Source of the DNA: Gemmatimonadota bacterium
Lineage (GTDB): Bacteria > Gemmatimonadota > Gemmatimonadetes > Longimicrobiales > Gaopeijiaceae
Direction of reading: 5' to 3'
NCBI GenBank assembly: GCA_034521595.1
Contig: JAXHMG010000003.1
Coordinates: 608,001 to 672,000, forward strand
Length of the DNA stretch: 64,000 nucleotides
Shown: piece by piece, positions 1 through 10,175 of the stretch
Layout of the letters: every line of letters begins with the position of its first letter
Position numbering within the stretch: position 1 is the first letter of the stretch
The notes under the pieces: model-generated
The model's database searches: none
Seen by the model: only the letters and a program-made list of their open reading frames with translations
What the model was told of the DNA's origin: nothing
Position numbers and translations under genes: made by a program

Positions 1-228
1 GCGGTTCACTCGGGCCGGTACGGTCCCTACGTGAGCGACGGAAAGGTGAACGCCACGCTCCCGAAGGGGACCGATCCCGAAGACGTGGATCTCGATACGG
101 CGGTGCGGCTGATCGACGAGAAGGTGGCGCGCGGAGGTGGTAAGGGTAAGCGCGGCGGCTCCGGTAAAGGGGGCAAGAAGGGTCGAAAATCCGGAAGCAA
201 GAAGAGCGGAGGCAAGAAGAAATCGTGA
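1..228 (+). CDS. topA: DNA topoisomerase I, C-terminal fragment (gene begins before the window)
   Basis: Frame 1 is open from base 1: [22 protein letters not shown] (topoisomerase C-terminal repeat GRYGPYV) with a Lys-rich tail; directly upstream of trmFO-xerC-hslVU, a conserved gene order. Confidence 0.85.
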   Translation, partial: AVHSGRYGPYVSDGKVNATLPKGTDPEDVDLDTAVRLIDEKVARGGGKGKRGGSGKGGKKGRKSGSKKSGGKKKS

Positions 229-1589
229 CCCAGGGGGACGTGACGGTCGTCGGAGGGGGGCTCGCGGGCTGTGAGGCCGCCCTGCAGCTCGCGGAGCGGG
301 GCTTCTCCGTGCGGCTACGGGAGATGCGACCCGTTCGGACGACTCCGGCCCATCAGACGGATCGGCTCGGCGAGTTGGTCTGTACGAACTCGTTCAAGAG
401 CGAGGGGGCCGAGAACGCGCACGGCCAGCTCAAGCGCGAGATGCGCGCGCTGGGCTCGGTCCTCTTGCGCTCCGCTGATCGGACGCGCGTGGCCGCGGGA
501 TCGGCTCTGGCGGTCGATCGACAGCTCTTCGCCGACGCCATGACCGCCGCCGTCGACCAGTCCCCGTCCATCGAGGTCGTGCGTGAGGAGTGCCGTCGGC
601 TCCCCGACGGTCCGGCCATCATCGCGACCGGTCCGCTGACCTCGGAGGGGCTTTCGGAAGACATCCGGCTGGCCTTGGGGGACGACGGGCTCGCGTTCTT
701 CGACGCGATCGCGCCGATCCTGCACCGGGATAGCCTCGACGAGGAGATCGTGTTCGCGGCGGGTCGTTTCGGCGAGGACGCGGATTACCTCAACTGCCCG
801 ATGAACGAGGAGGAGTACGCCTCCTTCATCGAAGCGCTCCGGTCCGGGGAGGCTCACGAAGGGCACGACTGGGACGCCGTACCCTACTTCGAGGGATGCT
901 TGCCGATCGAGGTGATGGCCTCCCGAGGGGCGGACACGCTCCGGTACGGACCCATGAAGCCGATCGGGCTCGAAGACCCCCGCACGGGTGAGCGGCCGCA
1001 CGCCGTGGTGCAGCTCCGGCGGGAAGACCGCGCGGGCCAGATGTGGAACATGGTCGGATTTCAGACGCGGCTTCGAGTTGGGGAGCAGAGACGGATCTTC
1101 ACCCGCATTCCGGGACTCGCGAACGCGGAGTTCCTGCGGTGGGGGTCCATCCACCGCAACAGCTACCTGAACTTTCCGGAGCGCTTGAGCGCGCACGGAG
1201 CCCCGAAGGACCGGGAGGACCTGGTCTTCGCCGGGCAGCTCACGGGGGTGGAGGGCTACACGGAGTCCGCGGCGAGCGGAATTCTGGCCGGCATCAACCT
1301 CGCCCGAATCCTCAATGGGGACGAACCGATCGTGCCGCCCCCCACGACCATGCTCGGAGGACTCTACCGCTATCTTCGGGAAGCCCGTGCGGGACAGTTC
1401 CAACCCATGAACTCCAACTGGGGGCTCGTCGAGCCTCTCAACCGGCGAGTCCGGGACAAGAAACGGAAGCGGGCTCTGCTCGGCGAACGGGCGCAGGAAC
1501 ATTTTCTGTCCTGGATGGCCGAGCACGGCCTCGAGACGCGGGCTCCCGCCCCCGGGGTCGATGGCCGGACGGCCTCGGCGGGCGTCTGA
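225..1589 (+). CDS. trmFO: tRNA (uracil-5-)-methyltransferase TrmFO
   Basis: [13 protein letters not shown] motif, [35 protein letters not shown]. Confidence 0.97.
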   Translation: MTQGDVTVVGGGLAGCEAALQLAERGFSVRLREMRPVRTTPAHQTDRLGELVCTNSFKSEGAENAHGQLKREMRALGSVLLRSADRTRVAAGSALAVDRQLFADAMTAAVDQSPSIEVVREECRRLPDGPAIIATGPLTSEGLSEDIRLALGDDGLAFFDAIAPILHRDSLDEEIVFAAGRFGEDADYLNCPMNEEEYASFIEALRSGEAHEGHDWDAVPYFEGCLPIEVMASRGADTLRYGPMKPIGLEDPRTGERPHAVVQLRREDRAGQMWNMVGFQTRLRVGEQRRIFTRIPGLANAEFLRWGSIHRNSYLNFPERLSAHGAPKDREDLVFAGQLTGVEGYTESAASGILAGINLARILNGDEPIVPPPTTMLGGLYRYLREARAGQFQPMNSNWGLVEPLNRRVRDKKRKRALLGERAQEHFLSWMAEHGLETRAPAPGVDGRTASAGV

Positions 1590-1595
1590 CGGAGC

Positions 1596-2519
1596 GTGGA
1601 GCCCTCGAGCCGCCCGGAAGTCGCGGATTTTCTCCGCCACCTCAGAGACGAGCGTGGCCTGTCGGACCATACGGTCGACGCCTACCGCCGTGACCTGCGA
1701 CAGCTCGAAGGCTTCCTCTCCGACTATCTCGGAGGCGACGACTGGTCCTGGGGTGATGCGGACGTCGACCGATTGGCCATCCGGGGATTCCTCGGGTGGT
1801 GTGAGCGTCGGGGATTGAGCCGGCGCAGCGCCGCACGCAAGCTTTCTGCGGCGCGCACGTTCTTCCGGTTCCTGCATCTGGATGAGCGGATTCCGGTGGA
1901 TCCGACGCGCTCTGTGAAGAACCCCAAGGCGGAGAAGCGTCTCCCGGGTCACCTCGGAGCGTCGGACGCGCGCCGGGTGATGGAGGCCGCCGAGGTCGGC
2001 GCCGCCGAGAACACTCTCAAGAGCGCGCGTGATCTCGTCATTCTGGAGATGCTCTACGGCAGTGGGATGCGCCTGTCCGAACTCCATGGCCTCGACCTGG
2101 GCGTGCTCGAGCGGGATCGCCGTCAGGTCCGTGTGATGGGGAAGGGCAGAAAGGAGCGCGTCGTGCCCGTCACGGAGTCGGCGGTACGGGCCGTCGATCG
2201 GTATCTGCCGCGTAGGGCGGAGGTGGTGGAGGTGGGATGTGAGGCCCTCTTGGTCAACGCGAACGGAGCGCGCCTGTCCCGTCGGTCGATCCAGATCGCC
2301 GTACGGCGGGCCTTCGAAGCCGCTTCGGCGGCCCACGGCCTGTCCGTTCACTCGCTCCGCCACTCGTTCGCGACCCACCTGCTCGATGCCGGCGCCGACT
2401 TGTTGGCGGTCAAGGAGTTGTTGGGGCACGTGTCTCTCTCGACGACACAGGTGTATACCCACACGAGCCGTGAACGGCTGCTACGCGTATACCGAAACGC
2501 CCATCCCCGCTCCGAATGA
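1596..2519 (+). CDS. xerC: tyrosine recombinase XerC
   Basis: LYGSGMRLSE, GKGRKER, HSLRHSFATHLL, LLGH..LSTTQVYTH; position between trmFO and hslV. Confidence 0.9.
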   Translation: MEPSSRPEVADFLRHLRDERGLSDHTVDAYRRDLRQLEGFLSDYLGGDDWSWGDADVDRLAIRGFLGWCERRGLSRRSAARKLSAARTFFRFLHLDERIPVDPTRSVKNPKAEKRLPGHLGASDARRVMEAAEVGAAENTLKSARDLVILEMLYGSGMRLSELHGLDLGVLERDRRQVRVMGKGRKERVVPVTESAVRAVDRYLPRRAEVVEVGCEALLVNANGARLSRRSIQIAVRRAFEAASAAHGLSVHSLRHSFATHLLDAGADLLAVKELLGHVSLSTTQVYTHTSRERLLRVYRNAHPRSE

Positions 2520-2631
2520 GACGGTCCGGCCGGCGACTGCCATTTCGGCAGCGTCGTCGTTAGATTCGGACCCTTCATCCATATACCCGGGCCCCGAAGG
2601 GCTCGATCGCTACACATAGGAGTCGTCGTCC

Positions 2632-3195
2632 ATGCCGTTGTCCGATGCTCGCGCCACGACCGTGCTCGCCGTCCGCACCCGAGGAAGGGTCGCGATGGGA
2701 GGGGACGGTCAGGTCACGATGGGTGACACGGTCGTGAAGGGCTCTGCACGCAAGGTGCGGACCCTGGCGGACGGGCGGATCTTGGCCGGGTTCGCCGGTG
2801 CGGTCGCGGACGCGTTCACCCTTTTCGAGAAGCTCGAGGAAAAGCTCGAGCGCTATCCCGGAAACCTGAAACGCGCGATCGTCGAGCTGGCCAAGGATTG
2901 GCGTCTGGATCGATACCTCCGGCGGCTGGACGCGTTGCTGGCGGTGGCCGACGCCGAGCACCTCTTTCTCGTGAGCGGGACCGGAGACGTGATCGAGCCC
3001 GACGACGATGTCGTGGCGATCGGGTCGGGCGGCTCGTACGCCCTCGCCGCGGCGAGGGCGCTGAAGGCGAATTCGGATCTCGACGCACGTGAGATCGTGC
3101 AGCGAGCGCTCGAGATTGCCGGAGATATCTGTATCTATACGAACAGGGACATCGTCGTGCTGGAGCTCGACGATGCCCCGAGCGAGGCAGAATGA
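2632..3195 (+). CDS. hslV: ATP-dependent protease peptidase subunit HslV
   Basis: ATTVLAVR (catalytic Thr after a short propeptide), [26 protein letters not shown]. Confidence 0.97.
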   Translation: MPLSDARATTVLAVRTRGRVAMGGDGQVTMGDTVVKGSARKVRTLADGRILAGFAGAVADAFTLFEKLEEKLERYPGNLKRAIVELAKDWRLDRYLRRLDALLAVADAEHLFLVSGTGDVIEPDDDVVAIGSGGSYALAAARALKANSDLDAREIVQRALEIAGDICIYTNRDIVVLELDDAPSEAE

Positions 3196-4688
3196 GCATC
3201 GACATGGTGGAGCTAGAGCACACCCCGGACACCTCCGGTGAAGCTCCGGAAGAAGAGGAGGGTGGTTGGTTGGACGAGCTCACCCCCCGTCAGATCGTCA
3301 CCGAGCTGGACAAGTACATCGTGGGTCAGGACGACGCGAAGAAGGCGGTCGCGATCGTGCTGCGAAACCGATGGCGACGTCAGCGCGTCGAAGAGGATCT
3401 GCGCCAGGAAATCATACCGAACAACCTCATCCTCATTGGACCGACCGGGGTGGGGAAGACGGAGATCGCACGGCGCCTGGCCCGGCTGGCCGGCGCCCCC
3501 TTCCTGAAGGTCGAAGCGTCGAAGTTCACCGAGGTCGGGTATGTCGGGCGGGACGTCGAATCGATGGTTCGGGATCTCGTGGACATCGCGATCAACCTCG
3601 TGCGTGCGGAGCGGGAGTACGAGGTGCAGGACGTGGCCGAGGCGCGCGTCGCGGATCGGATCCTCGACCTGCTGCTGCCCGCGTCCAACCCCGAGCCCGA
3701 ATCGAAGGCGGAGGAGGGGGAGCGTCCGAACGTCTACGTGGCGGGCCCCGAGGGTGTCCGGGAGCAAGAGCAGGACCAGGGACGCGGCGCCGAGGGCCTG
3801 CAGGAGCGTCGCGAGCGCACCAGGGAGAAGCTTCGCAAGCTTCTGGACGACGGGAAGCTCGAGGATCGTGAAGTCGAGATCGAGGTCTCGCAGACTCCGT
3901 CCATCGACAACATGATGATGCCGATGGGGGGCGAAGGCCTGGATCACAACTTCACCGAGATGCTCCAGGACATGCTGCCCAAGCGGACCAAGCGCCGCAC
4001 CGTCACCGTGTCGGAGGCCCGACGGATTCTCCTACAGGACGAGCTCGAAAAGCTCATCGACATGGACGAGGTGGTGAGCGACGCTCTTCACCGGGTCGAA
4101 GAGACGGGCATCGTCTTCCTGGACGAGATCGACAAGATCACGGGCGAGCGGGGGGGGCACGGTCCCGACGTGAGCCGCGAGGGCGTGCAGCGGGACCTTC
4201 TCCCGATCGTGGAGGGGTCGACCGTCGCAACGAAGTACGGTCTCGTGCGTACCGATCACGTGCTGTTCATCGCCGCCGGTGCCTTCCACGTGTCCAAGCC
4301 TTCGGATCTCATCCCCGAGCTCCAGGGTCGGTTCCCCATCCGGGTGGAGTTGCAGAACCTGGACGAGAAGGACTTCGGCCGCATCCTTCGGGAGCCGAAG
4401 AACGCGTTGTTGCACCAGTACCGTGCCCTCGTCGAGACGGAGGGAGCGAACATCGAATTCACCGAGGACGGCATCGACGAGATCGCCCGGATCGCGATGC
4501 AGCTGAACGAGCGCATGGAGAACATCGGAGCGCGTCGGCTGCAGACGGTCATGACGACCCTGCTCGAGGATGTCCTCTTCGAGCTCCCGGATCGAGCCTC
4601 CGAACCCGTGGTGGTGAATCGTGACTTCGTGAGCGAGCGTCTGGCCCGGGTCGCCGACGACGAAGACCTCAGCCGCTACATCCTCTAG
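3192..4688 (+). CDS. hslU: ATP-dependent protease ATPase subunit HslU
   Basis: [53 protein letters not shown]-terminus. Confidence 0.98.
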   Translation: MSIDMVELEHTPDTSGEAPEEEEGGWLDELTPRQIVTELDKYIVGQDDAKKAVAIVLRNRWRRQRVEEDLRQEIIPNNLILIGPTGVGKTEIARRLARLAGAPFLKVEASKFTEVGYVGRDVESMVRDLVDIAINLVRAEREYEVQDVAEARVADRILDLLLPASNPEPESKAEEGERPNVYVAGPEGVREQEQDQGRGAEGLQERRERTREKLRKLLDDGKLEDREVEIEVSQTPSIDNMMMPMGGEGLDHNFTEMLQDMLPKRTKRRTVTVSEARRILLQDELEKLIDMDEVVSDALHRVEETGIVFLDEIDKITGERGGHGPDVSREGVQRDLLPIVEGSTVATKYGLVRTDHVLFIAAGAFHVSKPSDLIPELQGRFPIRVELQNLDEKDFGRILREPKNALLHQYRALVETEGANIEFTEDGIDEIARIAMQLNERMENIGARRLQTVMTTLLEDVLFELPDRASEPVVVNRDFVSERLARVADDEDLSRYIL

Positions 4689-4709
4689 CGCCCGCGGCTC
4701 GGAGAGATC

Positions 4710-5612
4710 ATGAAGCCACATCGGGATTTTCTCGCCCTCGCGGATTTCAGTCGCGACGAGCTCCTGTCGTTGCTCGAACGGGCCAGGCGTCTCAAGAGCG
4801 GTGAGCGGTCGGAGCAGCTCACGGGGAAGAGCTTGGCCATGATCTTCCGCAAAAGCTCGACCCGCACCAGGGTCTCTTTCGAGGTCGGGATGACCCAGCT
4901 CGGGGGGCATGCCCTGTTTCTGTCGGACCGGGACAGTCAGATCGGACGCGGTGAGCACATCGGCGACACCGCCGGGGTGTTGTCGCGTTACGTGGATGGC
5001 ATCGTGGTCCGTACCTACGAGCACGATGAAGTCGTACGGCTCGCAGAGCATGCTTCGGTTCCGGTCGTCAACGCCCTGACCGATCTGCTCCACCCCTGTC
5101 AGGTGCTCGCGGATCTTCAGACCGCCGCGGAAGAGTTCGGGCCCGTGCTCGAGGACAGGACCGTGGCCTGGATCGGAGACGGAAACAACATGGCGAACTC
5201 GTGGCTCAACGCGGCCCGGGTTCTGGGCTTTCACCTCAGGCTGGCCTGTCCCAAAGCCTACGATCCGGACACCAGGATCTTCGAGCGGGCTTCGGCCGCC
5301 GCGGACGTGGTTCTCACACGGGATCCACGAGAAGCGGTGGCGGGCGCGGACGTCGTCACGACGGACGTGTGGGCTTCCATGGGGCAGGAAGCGGAAGCGG
5401 CACAGCGGAGGGCGGCATTCGAAGGCTTCATCGTCGACGACCGCTTGATGGACCTGGCTTCGCCCGAAGCGATCTTCCTGCACTGTCTCCCGGCGCACCG
5501 AGAGGAGGAAGTGGCAACCAGCGTCATCGACGGACCGCAGTCCCGAATTTTCGAAGAGGCGGAGAACCGCCTACACGCTCAGAAAGCGATCTTGCTGGAG
5601 TTGATGGCATGA
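4710..5612 (+). CDS. argF: ornithine carbamoyltransferase
   Basis: SSTRTRVSF, HPCQ, DVWASMG, FLHCLP motifs. Confidence 0.96.
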   Translation: MKPHRDFLALADFSRDELLSLLERARRLKSGERSEQLTGKSLAMIFRKSSTRTRVSFEVGMTQLGGHALFLSDRDSQIGRGEHIGDTAGVLSRYVDGIVVRTYEHDEVVRLAEHASVPVVNALTDLLHPCQVLADLQTAAEEFGPVLEDRTVAWIGDGNNMANSWLNAARVLGFHLRLACPKAYDPDTRIFERASAAADVVLTRDPREAVAGADVVTTDVWASMGQEAEAAQRRAAFEGFIVDDRLMDLASPEAIFLHCLPAHREEEVATSVIDGPQSRIFEEAENRLHAQKAILLELMA

Positions 5613-6715
5613 CGGATAATCTGAAACGCACCCCGCTCCACGACGAGCATGTGGCGTTGAATGCCAAGCTCGTGCCTTTCGCCGGCTTCGAGATGCCGGT
5701 CCAGTACGAGGACGGGATCAAGGCGGAGCACCGTGCGGTGCGCACCGCCGCCGGCCTTTTCGACGTCTCGCACATGGGGGAGTTCGTCCTGTCGGGGCCG
5801 CAAGCTCTGGACGCGATCCAAAAGGTCTCGGTCAACGACGCCTCCCGGCTCGACGTGGGGCAGGCGCAATATTCGGCCATGTGTCTCGAGTCGGGAGGCG
5901 TCGTGGACGATCTGCTCGTGTACCGGTTCGAAGACCGGTTCATGCTCGTCGTGAACGCCGCGAACCTCGAGAAGGATTGGGCCTGGATTCAGACCCAAGC
6001 CGAAGGGCTCGACGTCGACGTGCGCGACGCGTCCGCCGACACCGCGCTCTTGGCCCTCCAGGGGCCGGAGGCTCGGGAGATCCTCCAGCCGCTCGTGGAT
6101 CTCGATCTGGACACGGTCGGGTTCTATCGTTTCCGGGAAGGAAGCATTGCGGGGGCTCCGGCCGTGGTGAGTGGCACCGGATACACCGGGGAGGACGGCT
6201 TCGAGCTCTACATGGACGCCGCGGACGCTCCGGCGGCCTGGCGGCGTATCCTCGAGGAAGGGGGGGATCGCGTGATGCCGGCCGGACTGGGGGCGCGAGA
6301 CTCGCTGCGGCTCGAGGTCGGACTCCATCTGTACGGCAACGACCTCGACGAAGACCATACGGTGTTGGAAGCCGGCTTGGGCTGGCTCACGCGTCTCGAG
6401 AAAGGCCCGTTCGTCGGGCGCGAGGCGCTTCGCGCGCAGAAAGAGGCGGGGCTGGTGCGTCGGCTCGTCGGACTCCGTATCGACCAGCGTGGCTTTCCGC
6501 GGCCGGGTTATTCGATCCAGTCCGAAGGGGCGGAGATCGGTCGCGTCACGAGCGGCACGGTGAGCCCTTCGCTGGGCTACGGCATCGCGCTCGGATACGT
6601 GCCCGTGGAGCTCTCCGAGGAGGGTACGCGGCTCCAGGTGGACGCGCGGGGCCGTCTGCTCGACGCTACGGTCGTTCGACCCCCGTTCTATCGGGAGGGG
6701 TCGATTCGCCGGTGA
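5609..6715 (+). CDS. gcvT: glycine cleavage system aminomethyltransferase T
   Basis: Start ATG overlaps the argF stop (ATGA); LKRTPLH, FDVSHMG, GYTGEDGFE, GARDSLRLE. Confidence 0.96.
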   Translation: MTDNLKRTPLHDEHVALNAKLVPFAGFEMPVQYEDGIKAEHRAVRTAAGLFDVSHMGEFVLSGPQALDAIQKVSVNDASRLDVGQAQYSAMCLESGGVVDDLLVYRFEDRFMLVVNAANLEKDWAWIQTQAEGLDVDVRDASADTALLALQGPEAREILQPLVDLDLDTVGFYRFREGSIAGAPAVVSGTGYTGEDGFELYMDAADAPAAWRRILEEGGDRVMPAGLGARDSLRLEVGLHLYGNDLDEDHTVLEAGLGWLTRLEKGPFVGREALRAQKEAGLVRRLVGLRIDQRGFPRPGYSIQSEGAEIGRVTSGTVSPSLGYGIALGYVPVELSEEGTRLQVDARGRLLDATVVRPPFYREGSIRR

Positions 6716-7215
6716 GCACGACGGTCGGAATCCTGACGGTCAGCGATGGTTGTGCCCGAGGAGAACGGGAGGACCTGAGCGGTGATCGCATCGCCCGGTG
6801 GTGCGCCGAGACGGATGTGGAGGTCACCGCGAGGGACGTGGTCGAGGACCGAACGGAGCGGATCGTGCCCGTATTGATCGCCTGGAGTGACGACCTCGGG
6901 GTAGACGTGGTGCTCACGACCGGAGGCACCGGATTCGCGCCGCGGGACGTCACTCCGGAAGCGACGCGTGCGGTGCTCGAGCGGGAGGCGCCGGGCATCC
7001 CGGAAGCGTTGCGACGCCGCGGCGCTGAAGCGACGCCGTTCGCCGCTTTGTCGCGAGGCTTGGCCGGCCTTCGGAACCGGACGTTGATCGTCAATCTACC
7101 GGGGAGCCCGTCCGGGGTCGAGGAGGGGCTCGAGGTCCTGGCGCCGATGCTCGCACACGCGGTGCGCATGCTTCGAGGCCGTGACACGACCCATGGCGGA
7201 GGCGACGAGGCATGA
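6712..7215 (+). CDS. molybdopterin adenylyltransferase, MogA/MoaB family
   Basis: GTG start overlapping the gcvT stop; TVSD, TTGGTGFAPRDVTPEAT, NLPGSP. Confidence 0.92.
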   Translation: MSTTVGILTVSDGCARGEREDLSGDRIARWCAETDVEVTARDVVEDRTERIVPVLIAWSDDLGVDVVLTTGGTGFAPRDVTPEATRAVLEREAPGIPEALRRRGAEATPFAALSRGLAGLRNRTLIVNLPGSPSGVEEGLEVLAPMLAHAVRMLRGRDTTHGGGDEA

Positions 7216-8894
7216 GCACGGACCGGGTGCTCGTCTCGACGCACGACTTGCCGATGGCCGGTGAGCTGAGGGAAGGGTTCGAGGGCGAAGGGTATGAGGT
7301 CGAGCTCGTCACGCCCACCGAGAAGCTCGACGTCGAGAAAGCGGCGCTCTTGGTGCTGACGGGAGGAGCCGAGGAAGGCGGGGGAGAGCTTGCCGGGCAG
7401 GTACGGGCGGGCTCGCACGTGCCGGTGCTCGCCGTGGCCGAAGGGTCGCAGCTTCAGCCCGCCTTGCGTCCCGGCTTCGACGAGGTCTTCCCGCGCTCGA
7501 CCCCGATCGCCGATATCGTATTGGTGGGTCGCGGCTTCGTCGAGCGTCGGCGGCTCCGGCGCGTCACGGGCATCATCGGGGAAACCGACGAGATGCACCA
7601 GGTCCTCGAACGGGTCGTGCAGATCGCGCCCGTTGAATCGACCGTGCTGGTCACCGGCGAGTCGGGGACCGGGAAGGAGCTCGTGGCTCGGGGAATCCAT
7701 GGGCTTTCGTCCCGCCGGCACAAGGCGTTCATCGCCGTCAACGTGGCCGCCCTGTCGGATACCCTCTTGGAATCCGAGCTGTTCGGGCACGAGAAGGGCG
7801 CGTTCACCGGGGCGATCGACTCCCGGCGCGGCCTTTTCGAGCTCGCGAGCGGGGGTACCATCTTTCTCGACGAGATCGGTGAGATGCCGCTCGCCACCCA
7901 AACGAAGCTCCTGCGGGTGCTCGAGCAGCGGGAATTTCACCGCGTCGGGGGTGAGCGTACCGTCAAGGTCGATGTCCGTATCGTTGCCGCGACGAACCAG
8001 GATCTGCGTCAGCTCGTCGCCATCGGTGAGTTTCGGCGGGATCTCTTCTTCCGCCTCAACGTGTTGAGCATCGAGCTCCCTCCCCTGCGGGAGCGGCGGG
8101 AAGACATCCCGCTTCTCGTCGAGGTGTTCGTACGGGAAATCTCAGAGGCACACGACCTGGATTTCCCGGGCATCTCGGCCGAAGCGATGGAGGTCCTGAG
8201 GAATTACGCGTGGCCGGGCAATGTACGGGAGCTCCGAAACCTGGTGGAATCGATGGTCGTGCTCGCACCGGGACGCGTGATCCGACCGGAGGACATACCC
8301 GACGAGGTGCGCGGGGGGCGAGGAGCGTCTCTCCTTCCGGCTCGCATCACCCGTCCGGGCGGGCGAGGTGAGAGTGGAGAAGGGGAGGCGCGGGAGAAGG
8401 GCGACATCCGCCCGGAGTTGGAGTTCGTGTTCCGCACGCTCGTCGAGCTCCGCGTCGATATCGACGACCTCCGAAGGGACTTCGAACAGTACCGCCGTGA
8501 GCAGCCTTCCCTGGGCCCGGCCGGCGAGGCCGTGCTGGGTCGGCTCGGGGCCGGCGCGGGCCGCTCGGCGGGCGACGACACCTTTTCGGGAGAAGTCGAG
8601 ATCGCCCCGTATCGGCCGGGGAACCCTCCGGAGGAGGAGGAGCGTCCCGAGGCTCATGAGCCGTTGCCTTTGCCGGACGACGACTTCGGGGAGGAGCCCG
8701 GGCAGTGGGACGAGAGCGAGGGTTCCGCGGTGGTCTTCCGCCCCGGAATGACCATCGAGGACATGGAGCGCCGAGCGATCGAGGTGGCGTTGGCCGAGGT
8801 CGGCGGAAACCGGAGGAGGGCGGCGGAGCTTCTCGGGATCGGAGAGCGGACGCTCTACCGTAAGATCTCCAAGTACGATCTCGAGGAGGAGTGA
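7212..8894 (+). CDS. sigma-54-dependent transcriptional activator (AAA+ domain, Fis-type HTH, degenerate N-terminal receiver-like domain)
   Basis: GESGTGKE, ESELFGHEKGAFTGA, FLDEIGE, WPGNVREL, C-terminal GNRRRAAELLGIGERTLYRK. Confidence 0.95.
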   Translation: MSTDRVLVSTHDLPMAGELREGFEGEGYEVELVTPTEKLDVEKAALLVLTGGAEEGGGELAGQVRAGSHVPVLAVAEGSQLQPALRPGFDEVFPRSTPIADIVLVGRGFVERRRLRRVTGIIGETDEMHQVLERVVQIAPVESTVLVTGESGTGKELVARGIHGLSSRRHKAFIAVNVAALSDTLLESELFGHEKGAFTGAIDSRRGLFELASGGTIFLDEIGEMPLATQTKLLRVLEQREFHRVGGERTVKVDVRIVAATNQDLRQLVAIGEFRRDLFFRLNVLSIELPPLRERREDIPLLVEVFVREISEAHDLDFPGISAEAMEVLRNYAWPGNVRELRNLVESMVVLAPGRVIRPEDIPDEVRGGRGASLLPARITRPGGRGESGEGEAREKGDIRPELEFVFRTLVELRVDIDDLRRDFEQYRREQPSLGPAGEAVLGRLGAGAGRSAGDDTFSGEVEIAPYRPGNPPEEEERPEAHEPLPLPDDDFGEEPGQWDESEGSAVVFRPGMTIEDMERRAIEVALAEVGGNRRRAAELLGIGERTLYRKISKYDLEEE

Positions 8895-8901
8895 GCGCGC
8901 A

Positions 8902-9549
8902 TCAGCCCGCCCGAGCGCGTGCGCGTGCCCGCTCGGCTTGGATGCGGGATAGGATGACCCGCCACGCGTCGGTGCGCTCCAGCCCGTAGTGTAGGGTCAG
9001 ATCCGACTCCAGGTCGAGTGGCCGGTCGAACACGTACACGGCCGTCTCCGTTCCCCGTTGTGCCACGCGCCCGGAGCCCCAACCGGGAGTGACCGGCGTG
9101 ACCGAGCTGGGGCGCACCCTTACGCCCCCTGATACGAACTGCACTTCTTGGGGCACGAAGCGGACATCGGGTTGGTCGGAGAAAAAGGAGACCAGGAAGA
9201 TTGCGGTATCGTCCGCCCTCGTCCTGTGAGGCTCGGCGAGCGCGGAGAGCCGTCGGTACGTGTCGGGAGCCGTGGTGACGAGAACGGATTCCGCGAGTGG
9301 CGTTACGAGAATCCGAAGGGTCCCGCTCGTGAGCGTGAGTGACACCTCGCGCTGGGACAGTGTCCCGAAGCCCGGTGGAGGCAGCCCCTGCTCGGCCGAG
9401 GCGTTCCCGGCACCCGGCGGGCCGGCGGACGCCAGGCTGCAGCCACCGACGGCTCCCGTCGCTGCGAGCGCGGGCGCGAGGAGGGCTCCCGTGAGAAGCC
9501 ATCGTCGTGGAGGTCCGAGCGTGTTTCGAGTCACCCTTTTTCCGCTCAT
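8902..9549 (-). CDS. hypothetical exported protein
   Basis: Start overlaps the engB stop; N-terminal RR plus hydrophobic stretch and Cys (possible signal or lipoprotein peptide); no recognised domain. Confidence 0.7.
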   Translation of the reverse strand: MSGKRVTRNTLGPPRRWLLTGALLAPALAATGAVGGCSLASAGPPGAGNASAEQGLPPPGFGTLSQREVSLTLTSGTLRILVTPLAESVLVTTAPDTYRRLSALAEPHRTRADDTAIFLVSFFSDQPDVRFVPQEVQFVSGGVRVRPSSVTPVTPGWGSGRVAQRGTETAVYVFDRPLDLESDLTLHYGLERTDAWRVILSRIQAERARARARAG

Positions 9550-10175
9550 GACCCGCTTCCGTGCCGCTGTTCGGACTCTGTCGCCGGCTCGTGAATCAAC
9601 GCCTCCAGGGCGGCGAGAAGCTCCTGCCGCCCTTCTCCGGTCTTGGACGAATAGGCCAGGAGTTGCGCCTCGTCCACCCCGAGCTCCTCCATCGCGCGTC
9701 GCCAGGTGGCCGCCCTCCGGCTCCGCGAGAGCTTATCGATCTTGTTCAGCACGATCAGCGTGGGAAGCTCCAATTCCGCGAGATAGGCCACCATCCGGTG
9801 ATCGTGCTTGGTCGGGCTGTGTCGGGCGTCCACGAGGTGCACCACGCCGCGGATCTCCTGCGTGGCCGCGAGATAGCCTTCGATGAGGCGCGCCCACCCG
9901 TCCCGCACCGACTCGGGCACCTGGGCGAACCCATAACCGGGCAGGTCCACCAGGAGGAAGCGGTCGTTGACGCGGTAGAAATTCAGGGCCTGAGTCTTTC
10001 CGGGAGTCCCCGACACTCGGGCGATCTTGGCGCGTGTTCGGTTGAGAAGGCTGTTGATGAGGGACGACTTGCCCACGTTCGATCGGCCTGAAAAGGCTAT
10101 CTGCGGAAGGGCATCCGGGGCCGGGTCGCCCGGGCGGACGACGGTGCCGGCATAGGTCGCGGTTCGGATCTTCAC
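9546..10175 (-). CDS. engB: ribosome biogenesis GTP-binding protein YihA/YsxC
   Basis: GRSNVGKSS, PGKT, DLPGYG, NKIDK; downstream of clpX-lon. Confidence 0.95.
   Translation of the reverse strand: MKIRTATYAGTVVRPGDPAPDALPQIAFSGRSNVGKSSLINSLLNRTRAKIARVSGTPGKTQALNFYRVNDRFLLVDLPGYGFAQVPESVRDGWARLIEGYLAATQEIRGVVHLVDARHSPTKHDHRMVAYLAELELPTLIVLNKIDKLSRSRRAATWRRAMEELGVDEAQLLAYSSKTGEGRQELLAALEALIHEPATESEQRHGSGS

Noticed and set aside
1596-2519. Tyrosine recombinase as a prophage or island integrase
   Set aside because: Size, motifs and the topA-trmFO-xerC-hslVU context indicate housekeeping XerC
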